DNA of 53,955 nucleotides, counting the filler, from an uncultured Acidimicrobiales bacterium (GTDB taxonomy: Bacteria > Actinomycetota > Acidimicrobiia > Acidimicrobiales > UBA10347), in assembly GCA_943788915.1 (NCBI GenBank). It is 3 parts of 3 records of this genome, joined end to end, with 100 filler letters (N's around TTAATTAATTAA, not from the genome) between each part and the next. Parts side by side here need not be neighbours in the genome. Positions count along the whole stretch, not along the records: positions 24,911 to 38,707 come from CALSSD010000017.1; 2 more parts are not named here. One strand, written 5' to 3'. Shown here piece by piece: positions 29,166-38,807 of the stretch. Every line of letters begins with the position of its first letter. The stretch's first letter is position 1. The notes under the pieces are model-generated. The model saw only the letters and a list, made by a program, of their open reading frames with translations, made no database searches and was not told the DNA's origin. The position numbers and the translations under genes are program-made.

Positions 29166-30455
29166 ATGCAACAGATGAACCCGGTGTGGCGGGCGCGCAA
29201 TAATCTGCGCCAGTTCCACGGGTGGCGAGTCTCGCTGGCGGGTTCGGTCATATGGGCGCTACAGAGCCTGGTGTGGTCTCAGGGTTACGGCAACATCGCG
29301 GTGGTTCTCGAGAAACAATTCGGTTGGTCCAAGACATTCCTCGCCTTCGGTGCTTCATTACGAAGTGCCGAGGCTGCCCTACTTGGTGTGCCCCTTGGTG
29401 TTGCCCTCAAGCGTTACAACATCAAACTCATCATGCGAGCCGGTGCTGTGGCCCAAACCGTCGGCTTTCTGATCTTGTCCCAGATCCAGAACCAGGCCGG
29501 TTTCATCGTTGCCGTTGCGGTCATCACCATTGGCGCAACACTCGCCGGCTTCTTGACTATCACCGCCACCGTGGTGGGGTGGTTTGAACGCAAACGTGCC
29601 CGAGCCTTGTCCTTCAGCTCCATGGGATTTGCCGTCGGCGGCGTATGCGGGCCGCTCATGGTGTGGGGTTTCCGGGTCTTTGGCTGGCGATGGACCGTCG
29701 CGGTCGCTGGCACCGTTCTTGGTGCTGCAGTGTGGAAACTGGCCGGCACCATGGGTGTGCGTCGCGAAGACACCGGTGAACACGTCGACGGGGTAGACCC
29801 ACTCGACATCGTCACAGGGCCACGGGCCGAAGGTGTCCAGGACGCCCACTTCACGACTGGCGAAGCCGTACGCACCCACTCATTCTGGATGATCGCGTTG
29901 GGCCATGGATCCGCACTGCTGGTCGTAAGCAGCGTGATCACCCTCCTCCCGCTCTATCTCACCGAAGACCGTGGTTTCTCCGCCGGCAAGGCCGCGCTGA
30001 TCGCAGGCATCGTTCCCTTGTTCCAGTTCATTGGTACCTTCACTGGCGGCTATCTGGGTGACCGGTTCAACAAAAGGCTGATCGCCGGCACCGCGATGTT
30101 GATGCACGGCTCCGGACTGTTGGCCATGGTGTACTTCGATAGTTGGATCACCATTGGTGTCTTCGTTGTGCTGCACGGCCTGGCGTGGGGTGCCCGTGGC
30201 CCCCAGATGGCCGCGCTCCGCGCCGACTATTTTGGGTCGAGTTCGTTCGGGCCGATCATGGGTATCTCATCACTCATCATCACCGTGTTCGCGGTAGCCG
30301 GCCCGGTGCTCGCCGGATTCCTGGCTGATCGAACCGGCGACTTCAAGCTTGGGTTCACGATCTTGTCGCTGGGCACAATAGTTGGCTTTGTCTTCTTCGT
30401 GTTTGCGACACCGCCAAAACGCATTCCGGCATCAGCTATTCACTCACCGACATAG
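29166..30455 (+). CDS. MFS transporter (OFA/monocarboxylate-like, about 12 TM)
   Basis: WFERKRARAL, EAVRT.SFW, GYLGDRF.KR and RADYFG...FG.IMG motifs. TAGGGT -10 lies 7 nt before ATG 29166. Confidence 0.88.
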   Translation: MQQMNPVWRARNNLRQFHGWRVSLAGSVIWALQSLVWSQGYGNIAVVLEKQFGWSKTFLAFGASLRSAEAALLGVPLGVALKRYNIKLIMRAGAVAQTVGFLILSQIQNQAGFIVAVAVITIGATLAGFLTITATVVGWFERKRARALSFSSMGFAVGGVCGPLMVWGFRVFGWRWTVAVAGTVLGAAVWKLAGTMGVRREDTGEHVDGVDPLDIVTGPRAEGVQDAHFTTGEAVRTHSFWMIALGHGSALLVVSSVITLLPLYLTEDRGFSAGKAALIAGIVPLFQFIGTFTGGYLGDRFNKRLIAGTAMLMHGSGLLAMVYFDSWITIGVFVVLHGLAWGARGPQMAALRADYFGSSSFGPIMGISSLIITVFAVAGPVLAGFLADRTGDFKLGFTILSLGTIVGFVFFVFATPPKRIPASAIHSPT

Positions 30456-30472
30456 GCAAACATAGGTGCACT

Positions 30473-31384
30473 GTGACCCCTAAAGACTTCCTTGGCCACA
30501 CCGCGCGCGGCTTTGCCATGGGCGCAGCCGACATCGTGCCTGGCGTCAGCGGCGGCACCATCGCGCTGATCCTTGGCGTCTACGAACGACTACTGGCCTC
30601 AATCCGCACTGGCGCTCGTTCGCTCAGCCGACTGGCCCGGGGTGATATCAGCGGGTTTATCGAACAGTTCAAATCGATCGAGTGGCCATTCATCATTCCC
30701 CTCATGACCGGGATTGTGGCTGCATTCCTGGTGCTGTCGTCGGTACTCGATCGTCTGCTCATCAACGAGCCCGAAGCCATGGCCGGACTTTTCTTCGGAC
30801 TGGTGGTGGCGTCCATTTTCGTGGCATGGCAGTTGCTCTCGAATCGCGATCCTGGTCGTATGGCGGTCCTTGTGGCTGTTGCAGTCGTGGCATTTTTTGT
30901 GCTCGGTCTGAAGTCAGGTTCGGTGTCTGATCCCAGTGCCATCGCATTCTTTTTTACTGGGGCCATCGCCATCTGCGCCATGATCCTTCCCGGCATCAGC
31001 GGCTCGTTCCTGATGCTGATGCTCGGTATGTACGCGGCATTCGTTGGTGCGGTACACGATCGAGAGATCACCAACCTGCTCTTCTTTGTGCTTGGTGCGC
31101 TCGCTGGCCTGGCAGCATTCAGCACGCTGCTGTGGTGGATCCTCGAGCATCATCGCGACACCCTGTTGGCCGCACTCATTGGTCTCATGGCTGGTTCCCT
31201 GCGGGTGTTGTGGCCGTGGCCAAACGGTGTTGGAACCATCGAAGACGACGCGACCGAACAGATCAGCGGCACCACCATTGATCTACCCGACGACGTCGGC
31301 CAAGCCTGGTTGCCCATCGTGCTTGCCATCGTTGCCTATGCAGTCGTGACCGGTCTGAACCGATTCACTCCTGCCACAAGCTGA
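30473..31384 (+). CDS. DUF368 family membrane protein (undecaprenyl-phosphate translocase, PopT-like)
   Basis: GFAMGAADIVPGVSGGTIALILGVYERL, GAIAICAMILPGISGSF and L.GL..GSL..LWPW signatures. Confidence 0.92.
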   Translation: MTPKDFLGHTARGFAMGAADIVPGVSGGTIALILGVYERLLASIRTGARSLSRLARGDISGFIEQFKSIEWPFIIPLMTGIVAAFLVLSSVLDRLLINEPEAMAGLFFGLVVASIFVAWQLLSNRDPGRMAVLVAVAVVAFFVLGLKSGSVSDPSAIAFFFTGAIAICAMILPGISGSFLMLMLGMYAAFVGAVHDREITNLLFFVLGALAGLAAFSTLLWWILEHHRDTLLAALIGLMAGSLRVLWPWPNGVGTIEDDATEQISGTTIDLPDDVGQAWLPIVLAIVAYAVVTGLNRFTPATS

Positions 31385-31416
31385 CAACAGCGGGGCCAGT
31401 TTGAGTTTGGTTACCT

Positions 31417-32130
31417 TCAGCAGCGTTGCGCAGCCGCGGCATCGACGACCACCATTGTGTTGGGGTGTCGCTGTAGCGCACTGGCCGGAACGGCTTCGGT
31501 AACTGGTCCGTGTACCGCGGCGGCAATGGCATCAGCCTTGTGTGCTCCTGTCGCCAACAAGATGATCTGGCGAGCCTCAAGAATCGTGCCGATGCCCTGG
31601 GTCAGGGCAGATGCCGGCACCAGGTCGACCGAGCCGAACGCGGTGGCATTGTCATTTCGGGTTGTTTCGGTGAGTTGGATCGACCTGGTGCGAGACAGGT
31701 GCGACGAGCCTGGTTCGTTAAAACCGATATGACCATTCCGGCCCACACCCAGTAGTTGTAGATCGATACCGCCAAGTACACGGATCGATTCTTCGAACCC
31801 AGCGCACGTAGCGACCGGGTCGGTGGCTCGTCCATCGAGCGAATACAGCCGACTCGGATCAAGGCCGAGCGGGTCAGTGAATGTCGTTTGGATCTGATGC
31901 CTGAAGCTTTGGCCATCAGTTGCGCTGAGACCCACATACTCATCAAGCAACACGGCCGCGGCTTGGTCGACAATCGGGTGCCGTTCACAGACAAGCTGAT
32001 AGGCAAGCTCAGGGGTACGCCCAGCGGAAAGGCCAAGCACGGCGTTTGGTTTCGTCGCGAGCAGCTTTTCAAAGTTGTCGGCCACAAACTGGGCGGCGTC
32101 GTCGGCGGTTGGTAGAACAACGATTCTCAT
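31417..32130 (-). CDS. nagB: Glucosamine-6-phosphate deaminase
   Basis: VLGL..G.TP, LDEYVGL, GGIDLQLLG.G.NGHIGFNEPGS, TQGIGTIL.A..IILLA.G..KA and PAS.LQ.H motifs. Confidence 0.93.
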   Translation of the reverse strand: MRIVVLPTADDAAQFVADNFEKLLATKPNAVLGLSAGRTPELAYQLVCERHPIVDQAAAVLLDEYVGLSATDGQSFRHQIQTTFTDPLGLDPSRLYSLDGRATDPVATCAGFEESIRVLGGIDLQLLGVGRNGHIGFNEPGSSHLSRTRSIQLTETTRNDNATAFGSVDLVPASALTQGIGTILEARQIILLATGAHKADAIAAAVHGPVTEAVPASALQRHPNTMVVVDAAAAQRC

Positions 32131-32221
32131 AGTCGCTTATCGGTTCTCGCAGGTCGGGGCCAAGTCTGGCTGTGACGGTAACCCGTCCTACACTCCGCCA
32201 CTGGCAGGGAAGACCACGGGG

Positions 32222-32896
32222 TTGCCGAGAAGCGGTGACCATCACTCGGGCTGGTGGCACGGTGCGGTTGGTTATTGCCTGTACATCCGATCGTTCGCCG
32301 ATTCCGATGGCGACGGCATCGGTGACCTGGGTGGGGCCATTGCCCATCTCGATCATCTCGAGGCACTTGGTGTTGACCTGGTGTGGATCACACCGTTCTT
32401 CGCGTCGCCGATGGCGGATTTCGGCTACGACGTATCGGACTACTGCGCGATCGATCCGATGTACGGCGACATGGACGACCTTGATCGGTTGGTGACCGAT
32501 GCCCACGCCCGAGGTATCCGGGTCATTCTCGACCTCGTTCCCAATCACACCAGCATCAAGCACCCATGGTTCACACAATCCCGCACCTCGCTGACCAGCG
32601 ACTTCCGAGACCACTACATCTGGGCTGACCCTGGTGCCGATGGAGGCCCCCCAAACAACTGGGTCAGTTACTTCGGTGGGCCCGCCTGGACCTTTGACGA
32701 CAAGACCGGTCAGTACTACCTCCATCTCTTCCTGCCAGACCAGCCTGACCTGAACTGGCGCAACTCTCGGGTCCAGGATGAATTCGATCAGATTCTGCTG
32801 TTCGACACCCACAACACCGTCGACTCACCCACGACCGGGTTCACACTCGCACCAGCCCAAGCGGTCATCCTTTCTTTGGCCTCTGTCGAGAGCTGA
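32222..32896 (+). pseudogene. GH13 alpha-glucosidase with a large internal deletion (catalytic residues missing)
   Basis: WW..AV.Y..Y.RSF.DS.GDGIGDL, DFGYDVSDY, DLVPNHTS, PPNNW.S.FGG.AW and YYLHLF...QPDLNW are followed directly by a C-terminal-like tail (FTLAPAQAVIL). No GxDGFRxD. Start uncertain. Confidence 0.75.
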
Positions 32897-33055
32897 TCAC
32901 CACCAGCTAGATAGCCGCCAGATACGACACCACCATCACCACGGCGAAGAATGCGGCAACCAGCTCAGCTTCCATGCGAGCACTACACGAGACCATCGCG
33001 CAACGAATCAGGCCTGCGTTAGTGGTGGGCAACGGCTGGCGGCGATGATTGAGGA

Positions 33056-34885
33056 ATGACGTCTGCATTGTCAATTACATCTCCGCTGCAAGGAACCATC
33101 TGGCAACTTAAGGTTGCCGCCGGAGACGAGGTCCGCCAGGGCCAGGAACTCATCATCATCGAGTCGATGAAGATGGAACACCCCATCAAGGCACCTGAGT
33201 CCGGTGTGATCAGCGTGGTGCTGATCGACGAAGCCGCCACCGTGGTCAAGGGCGAGAAACTCATCGAGCTCGTTCCCCAAGAAATCAGCGAAGCCGTTGT
33301 TGTCGACGAAGGCCCGGTAGATGCGAACCAAGAACGAGCTGACCTGGCCGAGGTCCGCGACCGCCATGCGAAGGGGTACGACGAAAGCCGTCCTGAACGA
33401 GTTGCGAAACGTCGAGCCCGCAATCAACGCACCGCCCGAGAGAACATTGCCGACCTGGTAGACGAAGACAGCTTCGTCGAATACGGGCCGCTGGTCATTG
33501 CCCCCCAGCGTCGTCGCCGTGAGCTGCAGGATCTGATCGACAACACCCCGGCCGACGGCATGGTCAGCGGCGTGGCCACCGTAAATGGCGACCTCTTCGA
33601 ACCAGAGGTCGCCCAGACCGTGGTCATCTCGTATGACTACATGGTCCTCGCTGGCACCCAGGGTGGCCAGAACCACCGTAAGAAGGACCGTATGTTTGAG
33701 CTGGCAGAACGCCAGCAATTGCCTGTTGTCTTCTTCACCGAAGGTGGTGGCGGACGTCCTGGCGACACCGACGGCGTGGGCTTTGCTGGGCTCGACTGCC
33801 TGGCATTCGCGTACTGGGGAAAGCTCTCAGGACTCGTACCCATGATCGGCATCAACTCCGGGTATTGCTTCGCTGGTAATGCCGCCATCCTGGCTTGCTG
33901 CGACGTGATCATCGCAACCGAGGACTCTTACATCGGTATGGCTGGTCCCGCGATGATCGAAGGCGGCGGACTGGGCACCTATCACCCGACCGAAATCGGT
34001 CCGATCGAAGTACAGGAGAGCAACGGCGTTGTCGACATTCGGGTTGCCGATGAGGCCGAAGGTGTGGCTGTCGCCAAGAAGTACTTGAGCTACTTCCAAG
34101 GACCTCTCGATGAGTGGCAGGTCCCCGACCAGGACGCGCTTCGCTATGTCGTGCCGGAGAACCGTAAGCAGATCTACGACATGCGCGATGTCATCGATGG
34201 GCTCTTCGATGTCGACTCCGTTTTGGAACTTCGTCCGAAGTGGGCTGATGGCATGATCACTGCGCTGGCCAGGATGGACGGTCGCCCGGTTGGTGTTATT
34301 GCAAACAACCCTCATCACCTCGGTGGTGCAATTGATGCCGCCGCTGCTGACAAGTCGGCCCGGTTCATGCAGTTGTGCGAGGCCCACGGCCTGCCGATCG
34401 TGTTTTTGTGTGACACCCCAGGGTTCATGGTCGGGCCCGAGAGCGAGGCAGAGGGCATGGTCCGTCGTGCCGGCCGGCTGTTTGTCGTCGGTGCAAGCCT
34501 AAGCGTGCCGTTCATGACGATCATCACTCGCAAGGGATACGGCCTGGGCGCTCAGGCCATGGCTGGCGGCGGTTTCAAACAGCCGATCTTTACGGTGGCA
34601 TGGCCGACCGGCGAAGTCGGGGGCATGGGTCTCGAAGGTGCCGTCTCGCTCGGGTACCGCAAGGAACTCGAGGCAGTCGAAGATCTGGCTGAACGCGAGG
34701 TTCTGTACGAGAAGATGGTCGACAAGATGTACGAACACGGCAAGGCCGTATCGGCTGCCTCCTACTTCGAGTTCGACGATGTAATCGATCCTGCCGATAG
34801 CCGGAAATGGATCATGTCCGCGCTGAGGTCCGCTCCATCACCGGAGAACACCCCTCGCCGCCATCGACCCATCGACACGGTCTAA
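33056..34885 (+). CDS. Acyl-CoA carboxylase: biotinyl-carrier domain fused to carboxyltransferase
   Basis: IESMKMEH.I.AP..G biotin attachment site; TAREN..L.D..SF.EYG, YDY.VLAGTQG, GGGRPGDTD, CFAGNA and DTPGFMVG CT motifs. Confidence 0.92.
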   Translation: MTSALSITSPLQGTIWQLKVAAGDEVRQGQELIIIESMKMEHPIKAPESGVISVVLIDEAATVVKGEKLIELVPQEISEAVVVDEGPVDANQERADLAEVRDRHAKGYDESRPERVAKRRARNQRTARENIADLVDEDSFVEYGPLVIAPQRRRRELQDLIDNTPADGMVSGVATVNGDLFEPEVAQTVVISYDYMVLAGTQGGQNHRKKDRMFELAERQQLPVVFFTEGGGGRPGDTDGVGFAGLDCLAFAYWGKLSGLVPMIGINSGYCFAGNAAILACCDVIIATEDSYIGMAGPAMIEGGGLGTYHPTEIGPIEVQESNGVVDIRVADEAEGVAVAKKYLSYFQGPLDEWQVPDQDALRYVVPENRKQIYDMRDVIDGLFDVDSVLELRPKWADGMITALARMDGRPVGVIANNPHHLGGAIDAAAADKSARFMQLCEAHGLPIVFLCDTPGFMVGPESEAEGMVRRAGRLFVVGASLSVPFMTIITRKGYGLGAQAMAGGGFKQPIFTVAWPTGEVGGMGLEGAVSLGYRKELEAVEDLAEREVLYEKMVDKMYEHGKAVSAASYFEFDDVIDPADSRKWIMSALRSAPSPENTPRRHRPIDTV

Positions 34886-34914
34886 GAAACACGGTCTAAG
34901 AAACACGGTCTGAG
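34875..34914. repeat. 14-bp tandem repeat (about 2.8 copies) spanning the carboxylase stop codon
   Basis: ACACGGTCTAAGAA ACACGGTCTAAGAA ACACGGTCTGAG. Confidence 0.9.
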
Positions 34915-34921
34915 TGGCTTG

Positions 34922-35665
34922 CTACAGCAGCCCACTAATGCGCCGGATCCAGGCCATGTCGCCACTGTCTCCGGCGGCAAAGAACTGATCAAGACGAGCA
35001 TCGAGTTCGGGTGCGGGGACGGGACCCGCGCCCACCACTCGCATGGTCGCGGCTCGGTCCTCGTGATCGTCGTGGAACCATGTGCCGTCGATGCTTCGGC
35101 CTCGCAGGGCTGCTCGGTCAACGGTTGTTGGCGATCCCCATCGGTGCGAACGCCAACCCCATCCGTCGATCTCGATCGTCTGCTCGTCGAGAAGAAGTTC
35201 GCCATGCACAATGCACGGCACTTCGTAGGAGTGTGTCGCTGACCCGGCAATGACAGCTCCGTCTGTCTCCCATTCGAGCTCACAACCCAAAGCGGTACGG
35301 ATCCCATAGGCACCGGCGAATACATCTTCTGGGTCGTCAAGGGCGACAGAGAATGCTTCGATGTCCACGGTCATGTGATCGAGCGGCGTTTGCACCCCAA
35401 TGTCGGTCCACAGCCCTGAAGCTCGGACCTCTAAACCGGGCGGTTTTGGCGCGGTTGCGTCCAGCTCGACCAGTGAGATCAGCGGATGGCCTTGCTGCAC
35501 CAGCGACACAAGAAAAGCCATGCGATGGTGTTGCGGCCAGACCATGAACTCGATCGACATGGCCAGTGATCCATCGGCCTGGACCATGTCGAACAGCCAT
35601 GACTCGACCCAGTTCGGGTCGTCGGTTGGTTGGTGTGGCCCTTCGTCGCGGGCAGCAGCGATCAC
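34922..35665 (-). CDS. Conserved hypothetical protein (AttH/lipocalin-like beta fold suspected)
   Basis: DE..H.P.....W.ESW.FD, Y..PC.V.G and G.G.R.H.WG pattern. TAACCT -10 lies 6 nt before GTG. Confidence 0.7.
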   Translation of the reverse strand: MIAAARDEGPHQPTDDPNWVESWLFDMVQADGSLAMSIEFMVWPQHHRMAFLVSLVQQGHPLISLVELDATAPKPPGLEVRASGLWTDIGVQTPLDHMTVDIEAFSVALDDPEDVFAGAYGIRTALGCELEWETDGAVIAGSATHSYEVPCIVHGELLLDEQTIEIDGWGWRSHRWGSPTTVDRAALRGRSIDGTWFHDDHEDRAATMRVVGAGPVPAPELDARLDQFFAAGDSGDMAWIRRISGLL

Positions 35666-36048
35666 CGCCGCAGGTTACTCAGCGCCTCGCTCTCGGCCAT
35701 CGGCCAATCGCCTAGTGATGTGGGTTGCTGCGTTCTTCTCGGCATGACGCAACCATGCGCACGCCCCTCATCGCAAGCAGAGCCGGCGAAAGAGTGTCTA
35801 ACTGCGGTGTGTCAGCATCTGTTGTCGCCACCGGGGACCCACCCGCAGGTGATGGGCTGCTTGGTCCGTCCGCTGCGACGAGTGGTTGTAGTCCAGGAAT
35901 CGCCAACAATCCTGCGGTGGCCGCACCCAGGTCGTTCACCTCTGCCGTGCTGTTGCGGAAGTTCCACTGCTTTGTGTTGTCGACGACACCACCAGAGATG
36001 CCCAGCCCGAGATAGGTAATGGTGCCCAGTATTCGTACCCTCGGGTAA

Positions 36049-36444
36049 ATGCAGTACTTGAGTGAAGAGTGGATCGAAGCCGCCAATGCCGCGGTTGAAG
36101 CTGCCGCGTCCACTGCGCCCGACGCCCGGGTCATCATCGACCAACATGTCCACGGTGCGACCAGCTACCAAGTCATCATCGAGCGCGACAGGTGCACAAT
36201 CGCCGAGCTCGCTGCCGAATCCACCGTTGCTGTCGCTGACGCGGTCTTCCGGCAAAACCTCAAGACGGCCCAAGCGGTCGCGCAAGGCACCACCGATGCA
36301 CATCAGGCATTCCTACTGGGACACATCACATTCGAAGGCACCATCGATGTGCTGATCGAACGTCGCGACGCCTTCGGGTGGCTCGAATCGACACTCGCCC
36401 CAATCATGGCTGCCACCACATTTGCTGCCACAACCGTTGATTAG
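36049..36444 (+). CDS. SCP2 sterol/lipid-binding domain protein
   Basis: YLSEEW..A start and A.AVA.G..D...AFL.G.I..EG....L motif. TACCCT -10 lies 7 nt before ATG. Confidence 0.8.
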   Translation: MQYLSEEWIEAANAAVEAAASTAPDARVIIDQHVHGATSYQVIIERDRCTIAELAAESTVAVADAVFRQNLKTAQAVAQGTTDAHQAFLLGHITFEGTIDVLIERRDAFGWLESTLAPIMAATTFAATTVD

Positions 36445-36471
36445 GCAACAACGTAGATAAGCAGTCGCAGG

Positions 36472-37272
36472 TCAACTGGCTGCGAGAAACCGCGCAACAT
36501 GACTGTTGAACAGAGCCGGGTCTTCCGATGGTGACAGGTGGCCGATACCTGGCAGGACCACCATCGTCGAGTTCGCCAGTCCGTCATGAAGAACTGCGGC
36601 GTAGGCAACCGGCGTCTCTTCATCGAGTTCACCCACGATCACCAGCGATTGTGCGGTAATTTCATGCAGTCGAGCCCGAATGTCGTTGTGGGGCAAACAG
36701 TTGACTGCGGCCCGGAATCCGTCGACTGAGATCCGGGCGAATGCTTCGATGAGGTCGGCCCGAACCACCGTGTCCAAAGATGTGGCGACAATCGAGTCGA
36801 GCACAGGTGCCGCCATCGACGCTGGTGTCTGCCCTGCGGCGAGGGCACCGACTCGTGTTGCCTTCCACTCCTCGGGGTCGGTTCCGTTCATGCCAAATGC
36901 TGGGCTCGTATCAGCCACAACCAGACGCCCCACTCGACTCGGATGGTTGAGCGCGGTGTGTAACGCATGCATACCTCCGAACGAAAGACCGACCATGTCT
37001 GCCTGGTCGATCTGCAGATGGTCGAGCAGTTCCACAAACCGGGCCGCGATCCGTTCATAGGTCAGTGGCGATTCACCCGTCGACGCGCCGTAGCCGGGCA
37101 TGTCCCAGGCGATGCACCGATGTGACGACCCGAAGTATGCCAGTTGAGGATTCCAGGAACCTCGGGTCCCTCCGAGACCGTGTAAGAACAGCAGTGGCGG
37201 TCCAGACCCAACCTCTCGCCACCCGGTAACACCACTCGACAGTTCGGCTGACGCATCTATCCAGGCTGGCAT
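36472..37272 (-). CDS. Alpha/beta hydrolase (PcaD-like)
   Basis: LLFLHGLGG, AWDMPGYG.S, GLSFGG nucleophile, VGELD..TP and GIGHL motifs. Confidence 0.9.
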   Translation of the reverse strand: MPAWIDASAELSSGVTGWREVGSGPPLLFLHGLGGTRGSWNPQLAYFGSSHRCIAWDMPGYGASTGESPLTYERIAARFVELLDHLQIDQADMVGLSFGGMHALHTALNHPSRVGRLVVADTSPAFGMNGTDPEEWKATRVGALAAGQTPASMAAPVLDSIVATSLDTVVRADLIEAFARISVDGFRAAVNCLPHNDIRARLHEITAQSLVIVGELDEETPVAYAAVLHDGLANSTMVVLPGIGHLSPSEDPALFNSHVARFLAAS

Positions 37273-37311
37273 CGCTCTAACCACCACCGCATCGATCGCC
37301 GATGCCCACGT

Positions 37312-38707
37312 TCATGTAACGGCTGCGGATCCGAGGTAGGCCGCTTGCACTCGGGGGTCAGCCTGAACCTCGGTGGGTGTTCCTTCGGCAATGACTTGAC
37401 CTTGGTCAAACACGTAGATCCGATCAGAAATCCCGGTGATGAAACCAAGGTCATGATCGATCACGATCACACCAGCGCCCACCGTGGCCGCCATATGGCG
37501 GACCTGTTCGATCATCGTCAATGACTCGCTATTACTCATGCCGCTCGTCGGTTCATCGAGAAGCATGAACGACGGGGCCATCGCTGCCGCACGGGCAAGT
37601 TCAAGCCGTCGGGAATTGCCATAGTCGAGTTCGCTCGCCCGGCGGTCTCGCAATTCCCACAAACCGGCTTCGGCGATCAGTGCATCGGGATCACGCACGA
37701 CCCGATCCGCCCGATGTTCCCGGGCGACCAGAGCAGCGGTTTCGACGTTCTCGCGCACCGTGAGCGCACCGAACAACCGCAGGTTTTGGAAGGTCCTGAC
37801 CAACCCAGCTCGGGCCAGAGCATGTGCAGGTGTCGCAGACAAGTCCAGGTCGTCGATAGCGAACGAACCCGAGTCGGGCTGGACCATGCCAGTGATCACG
37901 TTGACGAATGTTGTTTTGCCGGCCCCGTTCGGGCCGATAATGCCCACGACCTCGCCGCTCGCCGCTGACAGGCCTGCATTGTGTAATGCCTGGAAGCCAC
38001 CGAAGGCCACGCCGATACCCGAGGCGGTGAACTGGGCGTCGGGGATGACATCGAGTTCGGGCAGACGCTCAGGTTCTTCTTCGTTACCCCGGCCGAAGGT
38101 GCGATAGAGCCATTCGTCGAGCTCCCAGTCGCCCAGGATTCCCCCTGGTCGCCAGATCATGAACGCGACCATCGACAGGCCCAACACCACGTTGTTCAGG
38201 TTCTCGCGGAAAATCCAATCGAGCGGCTCCTCGTCGAGTCCGATGCCGAACACCTCGAAACCTTCTTGGCCAAGGCGTCGGGTGAGTTCGCGGCTGGCAG
38301 TCATCACCACAACACCAAGCACGGCACCGGTCACACTGTTGCGACCGCCTACGATCAACATGACCAGGGTCAACATGGTGTAGTCGAAGAAGAACCGATC
38401 GGGAAGGATTGACCCGATCTCCCACACCCGCAATGCGGATCCAACAGACACCACAACGACCGAGATGACTAGGGCCACCATCTGTTGCACCAGCGGGTTG
38501 ATACCAACCGCTCGTGCCGCCAGGTTGTCTTCGCGGGCCGCAACAGCAAGCCGACCGCTGCGTGACTGGCCATACAAGCGGGCAACAACCAGTGCCAGGA
38601 ACAACACCACGAAGATCAACACACGACCATCGAGCGATTCGCCGATACCGAACGACAGACCACCCCGGTTACCACCGGTGAGCTCAGACCAGCTTTTGGC
38701 GACCTCA
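37312..38707 (-). CDS. Branched-chain amino acid-type ABC transporter, fused permease (LivM-like) and ATPase (LivG-like); 5' end lost in the gap
   Basis: SRSGR.A.A.RED..AA..VGIN and M.IVGG..S..GA..G motifs, then GPNGAGKTT, RTFQ..RLF, L.YG..RRLELARA and LLDEP. Confidence 0.9.
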
Positions 38708-38807
38708 NNNNNNNNNNNNNNNNNNNNNNNNNNNNNNNNNNNNNNNNNNNNTTAATTAATTAANNNNNNNNNNNNNNNNNNNNNNNNNNNNNNNNNNNNN
38801 NNNNNNN
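38708..38807. other. Assembly gap / artificial contig linker
   Basis: 100 nt made of N runs flanking TTAATTAATTAA. Confidence 0.98.

Noticed and set aside
35712..36137. 141-aa minus-strand ORF in the gap before the SCP2 gene
   Set aside because: Its 5' part overlaps the SCP2 gene, it has no recognisable motif or clear start, and it is low in complexity. A short real gene cannot be excluded
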